Origin: Chrysomallon squamiferum
Taxonomy: Eukaryota; Animalia; Mollusca
DNA: 64,000 bases
Assembly (NCBI GenBank): GCA_012295275.1
Contig: CM022667.1
Coordinates: 9,424,001-9,488,000 of the forward strand
Direction of reading: 5' to 3'
This document shows, piece after piece, positions 31,129 through 44,029 of the stretch. Below the pieces are notes generated by a model. The model ran no database searches. It was given only the letters and a program-made list of their open reading frames with translations, and was not told the origin of the DNA. Numbering within the stretch: the first letter of the stretch is position 1; each line of letters begins with the position of its first letter. Position numbers and translations under genes: made by a program.

Positions 31129-32067
31129 TTTTATTTTCTGACTGTTGGAAATGATATTATTTTCTGATGTTTTACTCGAAGAATTGTGTCCGTCTGTCCT
31201 ACAGTCTCATGGAATATAGTCCGCGTAGTTTAATTATTATGATTCGTTAGTTTATTAAAACATTCGTACGTACGTACAGACATACATACACACACAAAGA
31301 CATACTTCTTGTAAAATATTTAATTCATATAATCTCACATTAGTAATCTGTAATAATCACATTGTACCATGTATCAAATGTCGGTTCATGTTACATCATC
31401 ACAATATCATGACCTCTCATATCATACTGAATGATATTACAGTGTCATATCATCACATATCATCATCTCTTTTATAAATTTATATCATACAGTCATTTCA
31501 TGTTTAGATCATTTTATATGGCACCGTCTACATTTATCATGTATATTTATATGATACATACATACATACATACATACATACATGTGTAAAACGACATACA
31601 CTGCTACAGAAAACGACATCATTTATTCGAGATGAAACCTGTACGCTTCACGCAGCTGCTGTCTTTGGTGCGGTCACGTGACTGCATTCACCTCGCAGAC
31701 GATCCACCGCATCGCGTCAGGTGACATTGCGAACCCTAATTCAGAGTTAACTCCCCTTAATCTGAGGTGACCACACGCGGTAATCCCGCCGGAAGGTGAA
31801 CCTTAAAAACGAATTCTTGACAGGTCTGTGAAATAGCTGTCACACGAACTCAGTCCCCCGCTCCCCGCGCACGTCTCTTCGCGGTGACGTAGAGAGAAAA
31901 GGCGCGTGTTTTTATTTCAAAAAGAAATCTAAATAACAGTCTCTGATGCTGTTTCTGCTCGCTCGAATGAGTCGTTCGGTTTTAAAGGGGATTGACTGCG
32001 CGTTTGGGTTCTTATGAAGGTTGAAATATGTTTCTGTGTGTGTGTGTGTGTTTTTGTTTGTTGTTGT

Positions 32068-32098
<31 letters not shown>

Positions 32099-32340
32099 TG
32101 ACTGATTGATTGATTGATGTATTATTATTATTATTATTATTAATATATAATAAAAAATATATATATACTACTACTGTTGTCTTATTATTATTTTAATATT
32201 TTTATTTATTTATTTATTATAGTCTACTTTCATTATTTACAAGTGTTTGTTTTTTTGTGTGATTGTGTAACTGTGTATGCTTCTAAAATGAGATAAAAAT
32301 ATATTGCTATGACTATGTATATGGTGTGTGTGTGTGTGTG

Positions 32341-32395
<55 letters not shown>

Positions 32396-32733
32396 CAGGT
32401 GTCTCTAAAAATGTGATTATGGAAGTTAATATTTTTGCTGGTTTCACAAAATGTACGTACATTTTACAGTTCTGTAGTCTAAACTTTGAACAAGTTTTTT
32501 ATTATTATTATTATGATTATTATTATTATTATTATCATCATCATCATTATTATCATCATTATTAGTAGTAGTAGTAGTAGTAGTAGTGTAGCAACTAAAG
32601 AGAAACGAGAAAATTAATCGTGTTTTCTTTGTCTTCGAGATTCGTCAGTGCATGACACATTCCTTTTTTCAATAGCTATATCATCTTAATTCAGAATATT
32701 CATCTGAGGACAGTTAGAGTAGCAGTTATTAAT

Positions 32734-32778
<45 letters not shown>

Positions 32779-33534
32779 TTCTTTTTAAAGTGGAATTTAA
32801 TTATAGTCACCATCATCTAGTCGCTTATTGAAAGAATCTGAGAATGGTGTAGGTAACATACTGTGAGAAAACAGTGTGTGTGCAATGCGCGGAATTCTTT
32901 GTGGTCGTTCACGGGAACCAGACTAAGAACATACCATATCCTCATCACTCCTTGACGTCTGGAAGTCCACCCCCCCATCCCCCAAGTCGCCTTTATCCCC
33001 TCGCAAACACGTCAAACAATCGCTCATTGAACGCCACGGCTCTGGCCTCCATAGCCAAACTGTTTGACATCGGAAGTCACTGTGTTCCCGTGGCTGCCAT
33101 GTTGTCGTAAGATTTGCCGCCGAATTACTTTCTCTAATTTCTTAATCTCCGAGAAGAAACACAAATTTCGAAATTCCCGAGCCGATAAATCTTCGACAAA
33201 CAACACCTGTTGATCGAAATCTTTGCCGCTGACGCTGCGGCCGGGCAACCACGACGTTGGCGTGCCCAGACCAAACAACGGCGGGGCATGCACGCCTTTG
33301 AACCGGCACGTAACGTGGATCACGGCTGCAGGTATAAGAAAAAAACAACAACTGTGGACTGAACGAGTTAGCAGCGCGCGATCACAAGTTGCACACTGGT
33401 CACAATGTGACAGGTAGACGACAGGACAGTGAAGTAAAATCCCGCCAGAAGGTTAACCCCAGCTAGCTACCTTTGCACATAGCGCCAGTTTTTGTCAACA
33501 CATATTTTTTTTTTCGAGCGATTTTAACTCTTGT

Positions 33535-33568
<34 letters not shown>

Positions 33569-33963
33569 TTTTATCACAGGAGCGGATCATGGCACACTGA
33601 CAGGTGAGTTTTTCCCGATCCGGCAGAATTCTCAAAAAATAAATAAAATTAAAAAATGGGAAATTGTTATGGTTTCTTTGTGAAGAGTAATTGTATTTAT
33701 TTATTTATTTATTTTATTTAATGAAGGTATGGATGTGTGCATGAATGAACAGGCGGGTGAATGAATGAATGAATGAATTACTCTTTTGTGAATGCTTAAT
33801 GACAATGTAAATAATAACAAAAATAGTCATAACAAATAATAATAATAATAATGTTCACTCGCAACCTATATACACACACACATACACACACACAGAGAGA
33901 GAGAGAGAGAGACAGAGAGAGACAGACAGACAGAGAGATACAGAGAGAAAGAGAGAGACAGAC

Positions 33964-34058
<95 letters not shown>

Positions 34059-34369
34059 CACAAAAACACAGATATTTATTCATGTTTTATTCTGATTTGC
34101 TACATGTTAGAATTCCGAACGACGTAATGACATTAATAAATGTACGTCATAAAGTACTAATCTTAAATACTTACTGAAAATTCGTCTTGAAGGTAGATAG
34201 TAGTAGGAGTAGTAGCAGTAACAGTAGTAGTAACAATAGTAGTAATAACAGAAGTAGTACTAGCAGTAATAAACTTAGCAATGGTAGCAAGGGTTAATGT
34301 AAAATCTGTATTTCTTTATATACTGTCTTATTGCAAATAGTCCTATAACAAAAAAAAAAAAAAGAGTTA

Positions 34370-34410
<41 letters not shown>

Positions 34411-34465
34411 ATAATAATTATTATTATTATTATTATTATTATCATCATCATCATCATCATCATCA

Positions 34466-34520
<55 letters not shown>

Positions 34521-35239
34521 AACAACAAATTTATATATATAGATAGATAGATAGAATAATTATTTTCATAGACAAAGTGTTTTCTCTACAGGGAAGTGAA
34601 TCACGTGGTCGATACACAGACTAAATCAATCATTCCACTTAAAAATAATAAAATGTTCTTTTGTCTGTTTTCAATTTTGTTTGTGCGTGTCATAAAAATG
34701 GATTTAATCTTTTTTTTTAAAAAAAACTAGAAACAGCCAGTGACGTGAATTGATCGCGAGAACCCGCGACATATTGGCGTAACTTTTGTTAATTACATTA
34801 CATGTGCATGCTTTATGACGTACCGATCATAATATCGTTTCAGAGAGTTTTTTCTAAACGTCTCTCTCCAATATCTATCCCCACCAATATAAAATATAAC
34901 CATAATAAATGCATTAATTTTTGTCATTTAAATTTTATGGCAACATTTGTCCGTTTTTTTTTTTGTTTTTTTTTTCTTTCTTTAATCTGTTAATTTCAGT
35001 GGATTGATTTTTCTCCCTCCCTCCCTCGCTCTCTCTCTCATTCTCTCATTCTCTCTTTTCGATATTTCTTTGTTAACGACCTTGTCTTTTCTTCGTTTTT
35101 TTTTTTTTTTCTTTTCTTTTTTTTTCCAGTATTGTAAAACACTTCAAGTTAAATTAATTGCTAAAATATTATGATCTCTGATTTAAAAACCAATAATAAT
35201 AAAGCTTTCGGAATCTTTTAAAAAAAAACAAAAAAAACT

Positions 35240-35690
35240 GCTGTGTTTTCGCGAGCTAATGCCACTTGAAATCAGGGCGAAGCTAGGTAACAGGTTGGCG
35301 CAGGGAAATCCATCGGAGGCGCACGTGCCGATCGCTTATCCGCGAAAATCGTTGATTGGCTAAGCCGCATTAAGAGGCGCATTGATTGGTTTATTGATAT
35401 GCGCGCTCTCGAACAATGGCTGGAGGAGAAAAACCTGACATCGCCGCGTCACAAACCGCAGTGGCGGTTAATCCGTGCCGGCAATACACTGTCATGTGCG
35501 TAGTAACACGTGCATCGGCGAACAGGTGTTGCTTGTACTGGAAATTATCGACATGTTAGAAAATGTCTGCGCGCGGAGAGAGGCGTGGTGAAACAGATTC
35601 ATCTTCTGCTGTCGCGAAAACAACAAAACCAAGCGCACACGTCCAAAGATGGCGGAAAGTCATGAATATGCAAATGGTCCTTTATTGCGT
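35240..35690. promoter_or_regulatory. Promoter-like intergenic CpG island
   Basis: Two GATTGG (CCAAT) motifs near 35353 and 35384, CAGGTG at 35523, YY1-like AAGATGGCGG at 35646, octamer ATGCAAAT at 35668. Confidence 0.4.
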
Positions 35691-36371
35691 CTAATACTCT
35701 ATTTTATATTTACTTTTCATTTTTATTATTTTTCTTCTTTTTTTTTTTTTTTTTTTTTATTTATTTTTTTTTTTTTTTTTCATTTATTCTATTTTTTCCT
35801 TTCTTTCGTTCATTCGGCATGTGTCTGAATTAACGAAGATTTATTTTATAATTAATGTGTTTTTTTTCTTTTCTGATAATCTAAGCGACACGTTTATTGT
35901 TGAAGCTCACGAACAGTAATCAATTTTAAAATACTCGAGTAAAATAAGTTTTTTTTTCTTAATAATTAAATCAGAGGATTATTCACACTGTTCTGATTTA
36001 TTTCACAATACTGTGTCCCTATTTTCATACATTAGAAAGTTATATTTAAAATATTTGACTTTAAAGAAAAATGTGTAAAGGGAAAACGTTGTTTGAACAT
36101 AAAATTAATACAAATATATACACACACACGCACCCACACACACATTATACATACATACATACATACACACACATACATATATATACATAAATACGGACAG
36201 ACAGCTACACAAATATACAGAGAGTTAGTTCGAAATATATTTCTAAATATGCATTTCTATTATATTTTATATAAAAGAAACATTAGTAAGAGTAACTGTA
36301 CCGTCTGGTCGCGCCTTTATTTATCGGTTTTTCAGAAGCCGCTTTACCTGTGAAGTCAAGTTAACTGTTGA

Positions 36372-36425
36372 TACCTGTTTGTACACCTACTTGTTTGTAT
36401 ACCTACCTGTTTGTATATCTACCTG
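36372..36425. repeat. 16-bp tandem repeat, about 3.4 copies, carrying TACCTG
   Basis: TACCTGTTTGTACACC / TACTTGTTTGTATACC / TACCTGTTTGTATATC / TACCTG. Confidence 0.8.
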
Positions 36426-36600
36426 CTCAACACAAAATCTCCTGGCTATTTTTATGACCAGGCAATAAAAACAAAATAGCAAAACAAGTGTAGGGAATAA
36501 AAGCGAGGCGTTGTCATACTTGACAGATCAAAGTGAATAAACGCAAAGAGTAGCACCCTTTTTATTTATTTATTTGTTTGTCATCTTGTTTACTTATCTG

Positions 36601-36647
<47 letters not shown>

Positions 36648-36683
36648 GTCATTACTGCTAGTACTAGTACTGCTGCTACTTGC

Positions 36684-36717
<34 letters not shown>

Positions 36718-36886
36718 TGTTATTGCTACTGACACCACTATTATTTATTTATTTATTTATGTGTTTATTTATTTATTTATTTTTGTATATTTTATTTATC
36801 TATTAATGATTTGTTATACATAATACGTACACACTCACACTTTCACACCTATAAATAAACATGTTATTTTACAAAACACACAAGCT

Positions 36887-36958
<72 letters not shown>

Positions 36959-37390
36959 CACTCACACACAAACACACACACACACACACACATACACACA
37001 CACATCCTTAACTGCTCCAACCTTACAAATGATGCCGTTCTAACCACCAGATTGTTTATTCTCAAAGTACAGCTGTCCACGAAGACAGAAACAAAGAAAG
37101 GTAAAAATAAATCTTGACTGACAAGTTCACAAATAGCGATGCCGCGTGCGCACGAGACAGTCGCGAGAGACGTTTTGCAGGTGTGGTAATTAAACTTGCT
37201 CTTGGGTTGGGATTGAGGCAGGTGTTTTACAATAAAGTGCTTACCTGTCATAAACAGGTGAAACGATGATAATTTTTAAACCAGCAGCAAGAACTTTTTT
37301 TATTTTCATAGATAGCTTCAGTAGAAGTTGTTTATTGTTATTATTGTTAATATTAGTAGTAGTAGTAGTAGTAACAGTAACAGTAGTAAC

Positions 37391-37424
<34 letters not shown>

Positions 37425-37982
37425 ACAGTAACAGTAGTAACAGTAGTAGTAGTAGTAGTAGTAGTAACAGTAACAGTAGTAACAGTAGTAGTAGTAGTAC
37501 TAGTAATGGTAGTAGTATTAGTAGTAGTTGGAGGAGTAGTAGTTTAGTAGTAATAGTAGTAGTCCTGTTCCAGTCACTGGGAAGGTGTATACAAAAAGTA
37601 TTTTGCTGCTAACATATACCGTCATCATAAAAGTGTAAGCGTCTGATATTAGAACAAAACTGAATCGTCATGAAACAAATATTCTCTCTCAAATAAATTA
37701 CACTAAAAATGTTAGAACAAAATAAAATAAAGAAAGAAAGAAAAATAAATAAAAAAAATAAAAAGGAAAAAAGAAATAAAAAAAGAAAGATAGAAAAAAT
37801 AAGGGAAAAAATAATAGCAAAAATTTATTGATAAAAATGAATGAAAATGAAATAATGACTGAATAATGGAAAATAAAAAATAAATAAGTAAAATAATACT
37901 AGAAATTTAGAAATGAATAAATAAACTATAACTTTTAAACCAAAAGTTATAAATATACAAAAACATAATGCAACATCACATA

Positions 37983-38070
<88 letters not shown>

Positions 38071-38893
38071 AAATGTTCTCGTTAAATCGGCGTACAGCCA
38101 TTAATTGCCCCGTACAATCCACTGGAACTTAATTATCGTTAATTCTGACAGTGTGTGAATGAAGCGGCGATCAGTAAGAGAACCAGTCTAAAATCAACAC
38201 GTCTGGCGCCAGACGCGTAACATACACCGTGGATCCAAGGTATCGTTACGCCGCAGTTCAGGCGTGTGTACATACAAGCACAACAGACCGGCGAGTATCA
38301 GTCTCCCACTTCAAAAAGATCGATGTAAGGGAGATAATGAGAAAGCAAATTAGGAAAACCTTGTAAGATTTGAATACCAAACACCAAGCTAATCTTGTTT
38401 GGTCCGGTGTTTATTTAGCGCGGTAATGATATTTCGTTTCGTTTATCTTTTTGTAACGCAATTTCGTATCCACCGCAAAGACTAAGCCCCGAACCCGTGC
38501 GAAATCGACGTCGTAACCGCCTGGGTTGTGTCGAGCTGTGAAAAGCGACAAGGCTTGTAATAATCTCTTTCGGCAACCTTCATGGTCAATTAGAACTGAC
38601 TGGTTACGCCGAACTACGGTTAAATCGAATTATACGGACTGTTTGGTATCACGGCACAATGGCTTCTCGTGATCTCCCTGTATTCGTGTTGGTTTGTTCG
38701 TTCTGGTAGAAAACTTCCCGTGACGCGTGAAGTAACAAGTGTGTCCATTTGTTTGTCTGTCTGTCTGTCTGTATGGATATGTGTACAGTTATAAAAAAAT
38801 ATATATTTTTGTTTGTTAAATTTTTGTTGTTGTTGTATTCGTCGATGTTGGGGTGGTTTGGAGAATGCTGTTATTGTCATTTCTTTTCTATTT

Positions 38894-38963
<70 letters not shown>

Positions 38964-39659
38964 TACTTTTGCTGATTATCATACTTAAATAATTATTTTT
39001 CAACATTTCTTTTTTGGGGAATTTAAAATGGTTCGTTTTTTATTATTCTTTGTTCCATTTTTTTTTGCGATGGTTTTTGTAATAATTGTTACAGTTATTA
39101 AAATTTACTGTTCTGTTGTTTAGACAGTGTTTTGGATAACTGAATTAATTAATAAACAGTTTCAAGAAGAGATTTATCTAGTTATATATTTATTTATTTA
39201 TTTGTTCATTTGTTTCTTTGTTTATGTATATATTGTTGTTGTTAGCTTAATCTCATAAATTTTATATAAAAACAAAAAAACAAATTGAAAAAAACTGTGA
39301 CATTTTAAAGAATATATTTGGACAGAGAAGTGAACGAACAAATGTGTTCCTGCATGGATAGACGGACAGCAAAACAGAAGGATGGACAGATGGATGAATG
39401 GATGGATGGATGTACAATAAAATTATGAAATATATAAGGACTTGGAGAACAAACAGATGTATGAATTAGACAGATACCTGTTTATAAATTAAACAAATTA
39501 AACACTGCACTCTAACAAATATTTTATAAAAAAAAATAACAATAAATTTACAGCTTATTAACATCATTAATCCAAAATAACAAACACTTGACACGAGCCT
39601 TTCAAATGAAATCATTATTTTTTATTTTCTCCAAAAAAATACACGGAAATAAAATTCCC

Positions 39660-40180
39660 CTTGTAACCATAACGACAAAAAATTACCCCTCGCTGCGTCA
39701 TTGAAGTGAAAAAAAAAAAAAAAAGAAAGAGTTGCCTATGGTTACAAAACCCCACAGGGGTGCGTCGCACTTTTCAAAAACGATTAATTTATGTACAGAT
39801 AATATTATCCTACGTCTATCACTGGGAGCACCTGTCTGTTTCGGAGCGCGTGCCGGTCGGGAGACAGACACCTGAGTTCTGCACCTGCCAGTGGCGCGTG
39901 CTAATGTCACACATAACAAAGTGGAAATGTTCCGCTTCTTTTTTTTTTTTTTTTTTTTTTTTTAGCCCTGTCGAAGCGCGCGCGCTTTTTCGCGCCGGAC
40001 TAAGAAGACAGACACAAGAGGCGCGGCGGTTTGGGATTTTTTTTTTTTTTTTTTTTTTTTATTACTATTATTACGAGTGATTTGATTCTATTCAGCTCAG
40101 TTTAGAGTCAGATATTTTTATGGCGTGATCGGCGCTAGGCTGGAACTAAGAGAGGTGGTCCCGCGTCACTATAAGTTGTA
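39660..40180. promoter_or_regulatory. Candidate enhancer with triple CACCTG
   Basis: CACCTG at 39829, 39869 and 39882 in a CpG-rich island just downstream of snail-B. Confidence 0.4.
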
Positions 40181-40452
40181 ACAGTTTTCATAGTTTTATC
40201 TTGTACTGGGTTCAGCAAAAGTTGAAATGTAATAATATTCTGGTTTTACGGTTTTATTAATTTCATAGTTATTGTTATTGTTATATATGATTATTATTAT
40301 TATTTTTATTATTATTATTTTTTTGTTGTTGTTGTTATTGTTATAATATAATTTATTTCTATTTATTTATTCATTTCTTTTTTCTTTTTTTTTTTTATTT
40401 TGCTATTCTTTTGTTATTACTATTGTTGTTAACAATACTATTATCACGTTTA

Positions 40453-40496
<44 letters not shown>

Positions 40497-40707
40497 TTGA
40501 TATAACTAATAAAGTTTAATATATAATTTTAATTTATTTGATGAACGAACTATACAAAGCGAGTATTTCAAAAATATTTCCCTCTCTAACACATATTTTT
40601 CTCTAGCTTGCTGTCTTGTAAACTTTGGTGTAAATTTGATAGTTTAGTCAGATCAACGTGACAGTCGTATATTTGTGTTAGTTTGTGTATATTGATATAT
40701 ATACAGA

Positions 40708-40822
<115 letters not shown>

Positions 40823-40959
40823 TATATTTTCTGTGAAATTTCTGTATATTTCTAGTTAACTGATATTTTGGTTGTGCTGTGTGGTAATAATTGCAGTATT
40901 TACAGATAAAGAAATAATTATAATAAGAACTAAAGACACAAAATTCAAAAACACAGTTT

Positions 40960-41593
40960 CTTTTCTTTATATATTAAATAGTTTAATATACTTGAGGGGG
41001 AAAAACCAACATATTTTATGTACATAAACAAATATATATATATATGTATATAACATTATAATAAATATATACAATAAGAAAAATATTACATCAATAATGC
41101 TGACGTCACAAATGACTCACATAAATAACGATGGTGATTCTTTGGCACAAGATAATGACGTAATTAATAAACTCCTTCCATGCGTTCACTTTGAAACGTT
41201 TTAATTAAATCAGTAACTGAGTTCAAAACGGTACATTTCAACGTCATAAAGAATTAAATAATTTTATACAAATTAGACAGTTTGTATGAAAAAAAAGAAA
41301 TTAATTAAATTTTTGTTAAACTGTTACGGTCCTCATTGTATGTATGTATTAGTGCTCGACAAAAGGTTTAAAACCACTAAACAAAGCGTTTTAAATTTTT
41401 CAAATGTGAAAACGTAAAACAGATGTATGAACGCTGCAGCTAAATATCAAATCGATTTAAAACTATCGCTTCAAAAGCTTGTTTACTCAAGCAGTGTATC
41501 AAAAGGGGTCGAGTTTGCAAGAAAGAACGAACGTTCGTTAAATTGATTTAAAATGAAAGTTTAAAATGTATACGATGTTAAATCAATCTGTGC

Positions 41594-41624
<31 letters not shown>

Positions 41625-41856
41625 ATAAACAAGTTGTGAAAGTTAAAATGAATTAAACAAATCGATTAAAGCAAACAACTTTAACAGCTGGTTTAAATGA
41701 ACTGATTTTACGATTTTTTATTTTTTTTTTTTTAAATTTTAAAAGTGATGTATCTTTAACTGATTCATTTCAACCCCTTTACTTTGCGATTTAAACAAAT
41801 GAATAAACTTAAATAGCTTTTGAATGGTATTATACCTCGAAACAATTTAACTAAAC

Positions 41857-41889
<33 letters not shown>

Positions 41890-43859
41890 TTCGCTTTCCA
41901 GTCACCGAATTAACTAAATACATACAAACAGGAAATTTCAAAACTGTTTCAATAACTACATTATTTCATCTGAAATGTTTCAATTTCCAATCTACCAGAC
42001 TCTATTTAAATAGATCAATTTTTGTTTCTTTTATCTAAACTGGATCAACTATAACGTTTCAAACACGTTAATCGGAAGACACACAAAGAGGAAGACTATT
42101 AATAAATAGCAGGTGGACAGACACACAGACAGACAGACGGGCCACTCTCGGAATGCCGCACGCTTACCAGTGGTCACTTTCAAAAGCAGGTGCCGTCGTG
42201 CACCACGCACCTGTTCGAATGACCTCTTTTAGAGGTCACGGTACAAGTCTTTGTCGAGAGTCACCGAATCAGTACAATAGTCTTTCACAAATCAGAAGTG
42301 GTTGTTTAGAAAATACAGTCAGTACATATTAAATCTGACGATCTTGGAAATAACGAAACGAAAATAAATTGCAGATGTGTAGGTCTTTGTTTATGAAGAA
42401 AGAGAAAGGAAAAGGTGATATGATGATGTTCGTAATGATGATGGTAATGATGATGATGATGTTGATGATAGTAAAATAAGAAGAAGAAGAAGAAGAAGAA
42501 GTGGAGAATGTATACAGGGAATGTATTTTACTTTTCAGTCAGGAATTTATCAAATTAATAAGGAAATCAAATTTTGTATATAGGTTATCCTTTGTTTCTG
42601 ATACAAATAATACCCTTCATATTATATATCAAAAATAGAGTAAAACATTTTACTACTAACGTAAAATGATAAAATACAGATAGAAAATATATTTTCTGTA
42701 AAATACTGCTTGTATTAATACTTCAAGTTAAAAAACATTTTCATCTAAAAATTAAACAGAAGTATTAAAATTTAAAAATACCCTGAAACTAAATATTTTC
42801 CTTTGGTTCAGCCGGAAATTAAATTTGTATCTGGGTCATACCAAATTATGATAAAATAATTTCTAAAATATGTTTTGAGTGTGGTATTAAACTATAAAAA
42901 TATAAAAATAACAAATTTAAAGTAAACTTAAATAAATGTCAACGTCTTCAAAAGATACATAAATAAACAAAATAAACACGATAAAAAAAATAATGTGCTA
43001 ATATTGAAATTATATATATATATTTTTTAAATCCTGTGTATAAGAACCTAATTATTGAAAGTATAATATTATATTAACAGAAATATATCTTTAACTATTG
43101 CCAAGAACAAATTGTTTGTGAAACGATTACTTAACAGATGCTGAAAAACATGAATAAAATCGAGTTATTTTGTTGTAAAATCCTAAATATTTGCTCAGTT
43201 ACTTAAAATAATAAAATAAAATTTTCGAAGATTTGTAGATATCTTTCTATCTACTTTCGCAAAAAAAATAGTGGTGGAAAAACTGAAATGTAATTATAAC
43301 CACTAAACATAAATGATAAGATAACTAATTAAAATAAATACTGTTTTGTAAAAAAAAAAAATAATAAAAAAATAAAATAAAAATGCTTTGAAATGATAAT
43401 TTTGTAAATCTATGATACAGAGAAATATAAATTAATACTGGGTTTTAAAATCCTATGATACATTAAAAAAAAAAATACTAATTTTTAAAAGGCTAAAAAT
43501 AAATATAAATTCTGTTTGCTAAAAGCCTATGGTACACAAAAATAGAAGTAAAATTCTACGTGAAAAAGACACCCATGGCACAGTACGACTAGTTTTCTAA
43601 CTATTAATATTAATACTAAAATTGATGGCAGTACCTGATTTGTTAAATAGAACTATCTTCAGCTACAATAAATTAAAGTTGATAACATCATTGGCACATT
43701 TCACAAATATCCCTGTACTTGAACCATCAAATACTGCATCATTTAAAAAAAAAAAAAATTAAAAAAAATAAACAGACAAGAGGACGTTGATTGAAGAAGT
43801 AACTCCCTTTGAATAAATTATCAACGTCATCAGAGCTTATTTGTCTTGTATCGAAATAA

Positions 43860-43920
<61 letters not shown>

Positions 43921-44029
43921 CGAACAGAAAATCTCTTTCACTTATTCTCATAACATCTTTCCAGATATTTTGTTCGGGAAAAACAAAATCTTTGGAACGT
44001 AAAAGTCTGAGGTACGAAAATTTTATCTC
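40960..44029 (-). other. Putative long (about 3 kb) snail-B 3'UTR
   Basis: U-rich on the minus strand and poor in long microsatellites. Canonical Pumilio elements at 41017-41024 and 41066-41073. Minus-strand ATTAAA at 40987-40982 is followed by GT-rich sequence. An alternative AATAAA lies near 41720. Confidence 0.45.
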
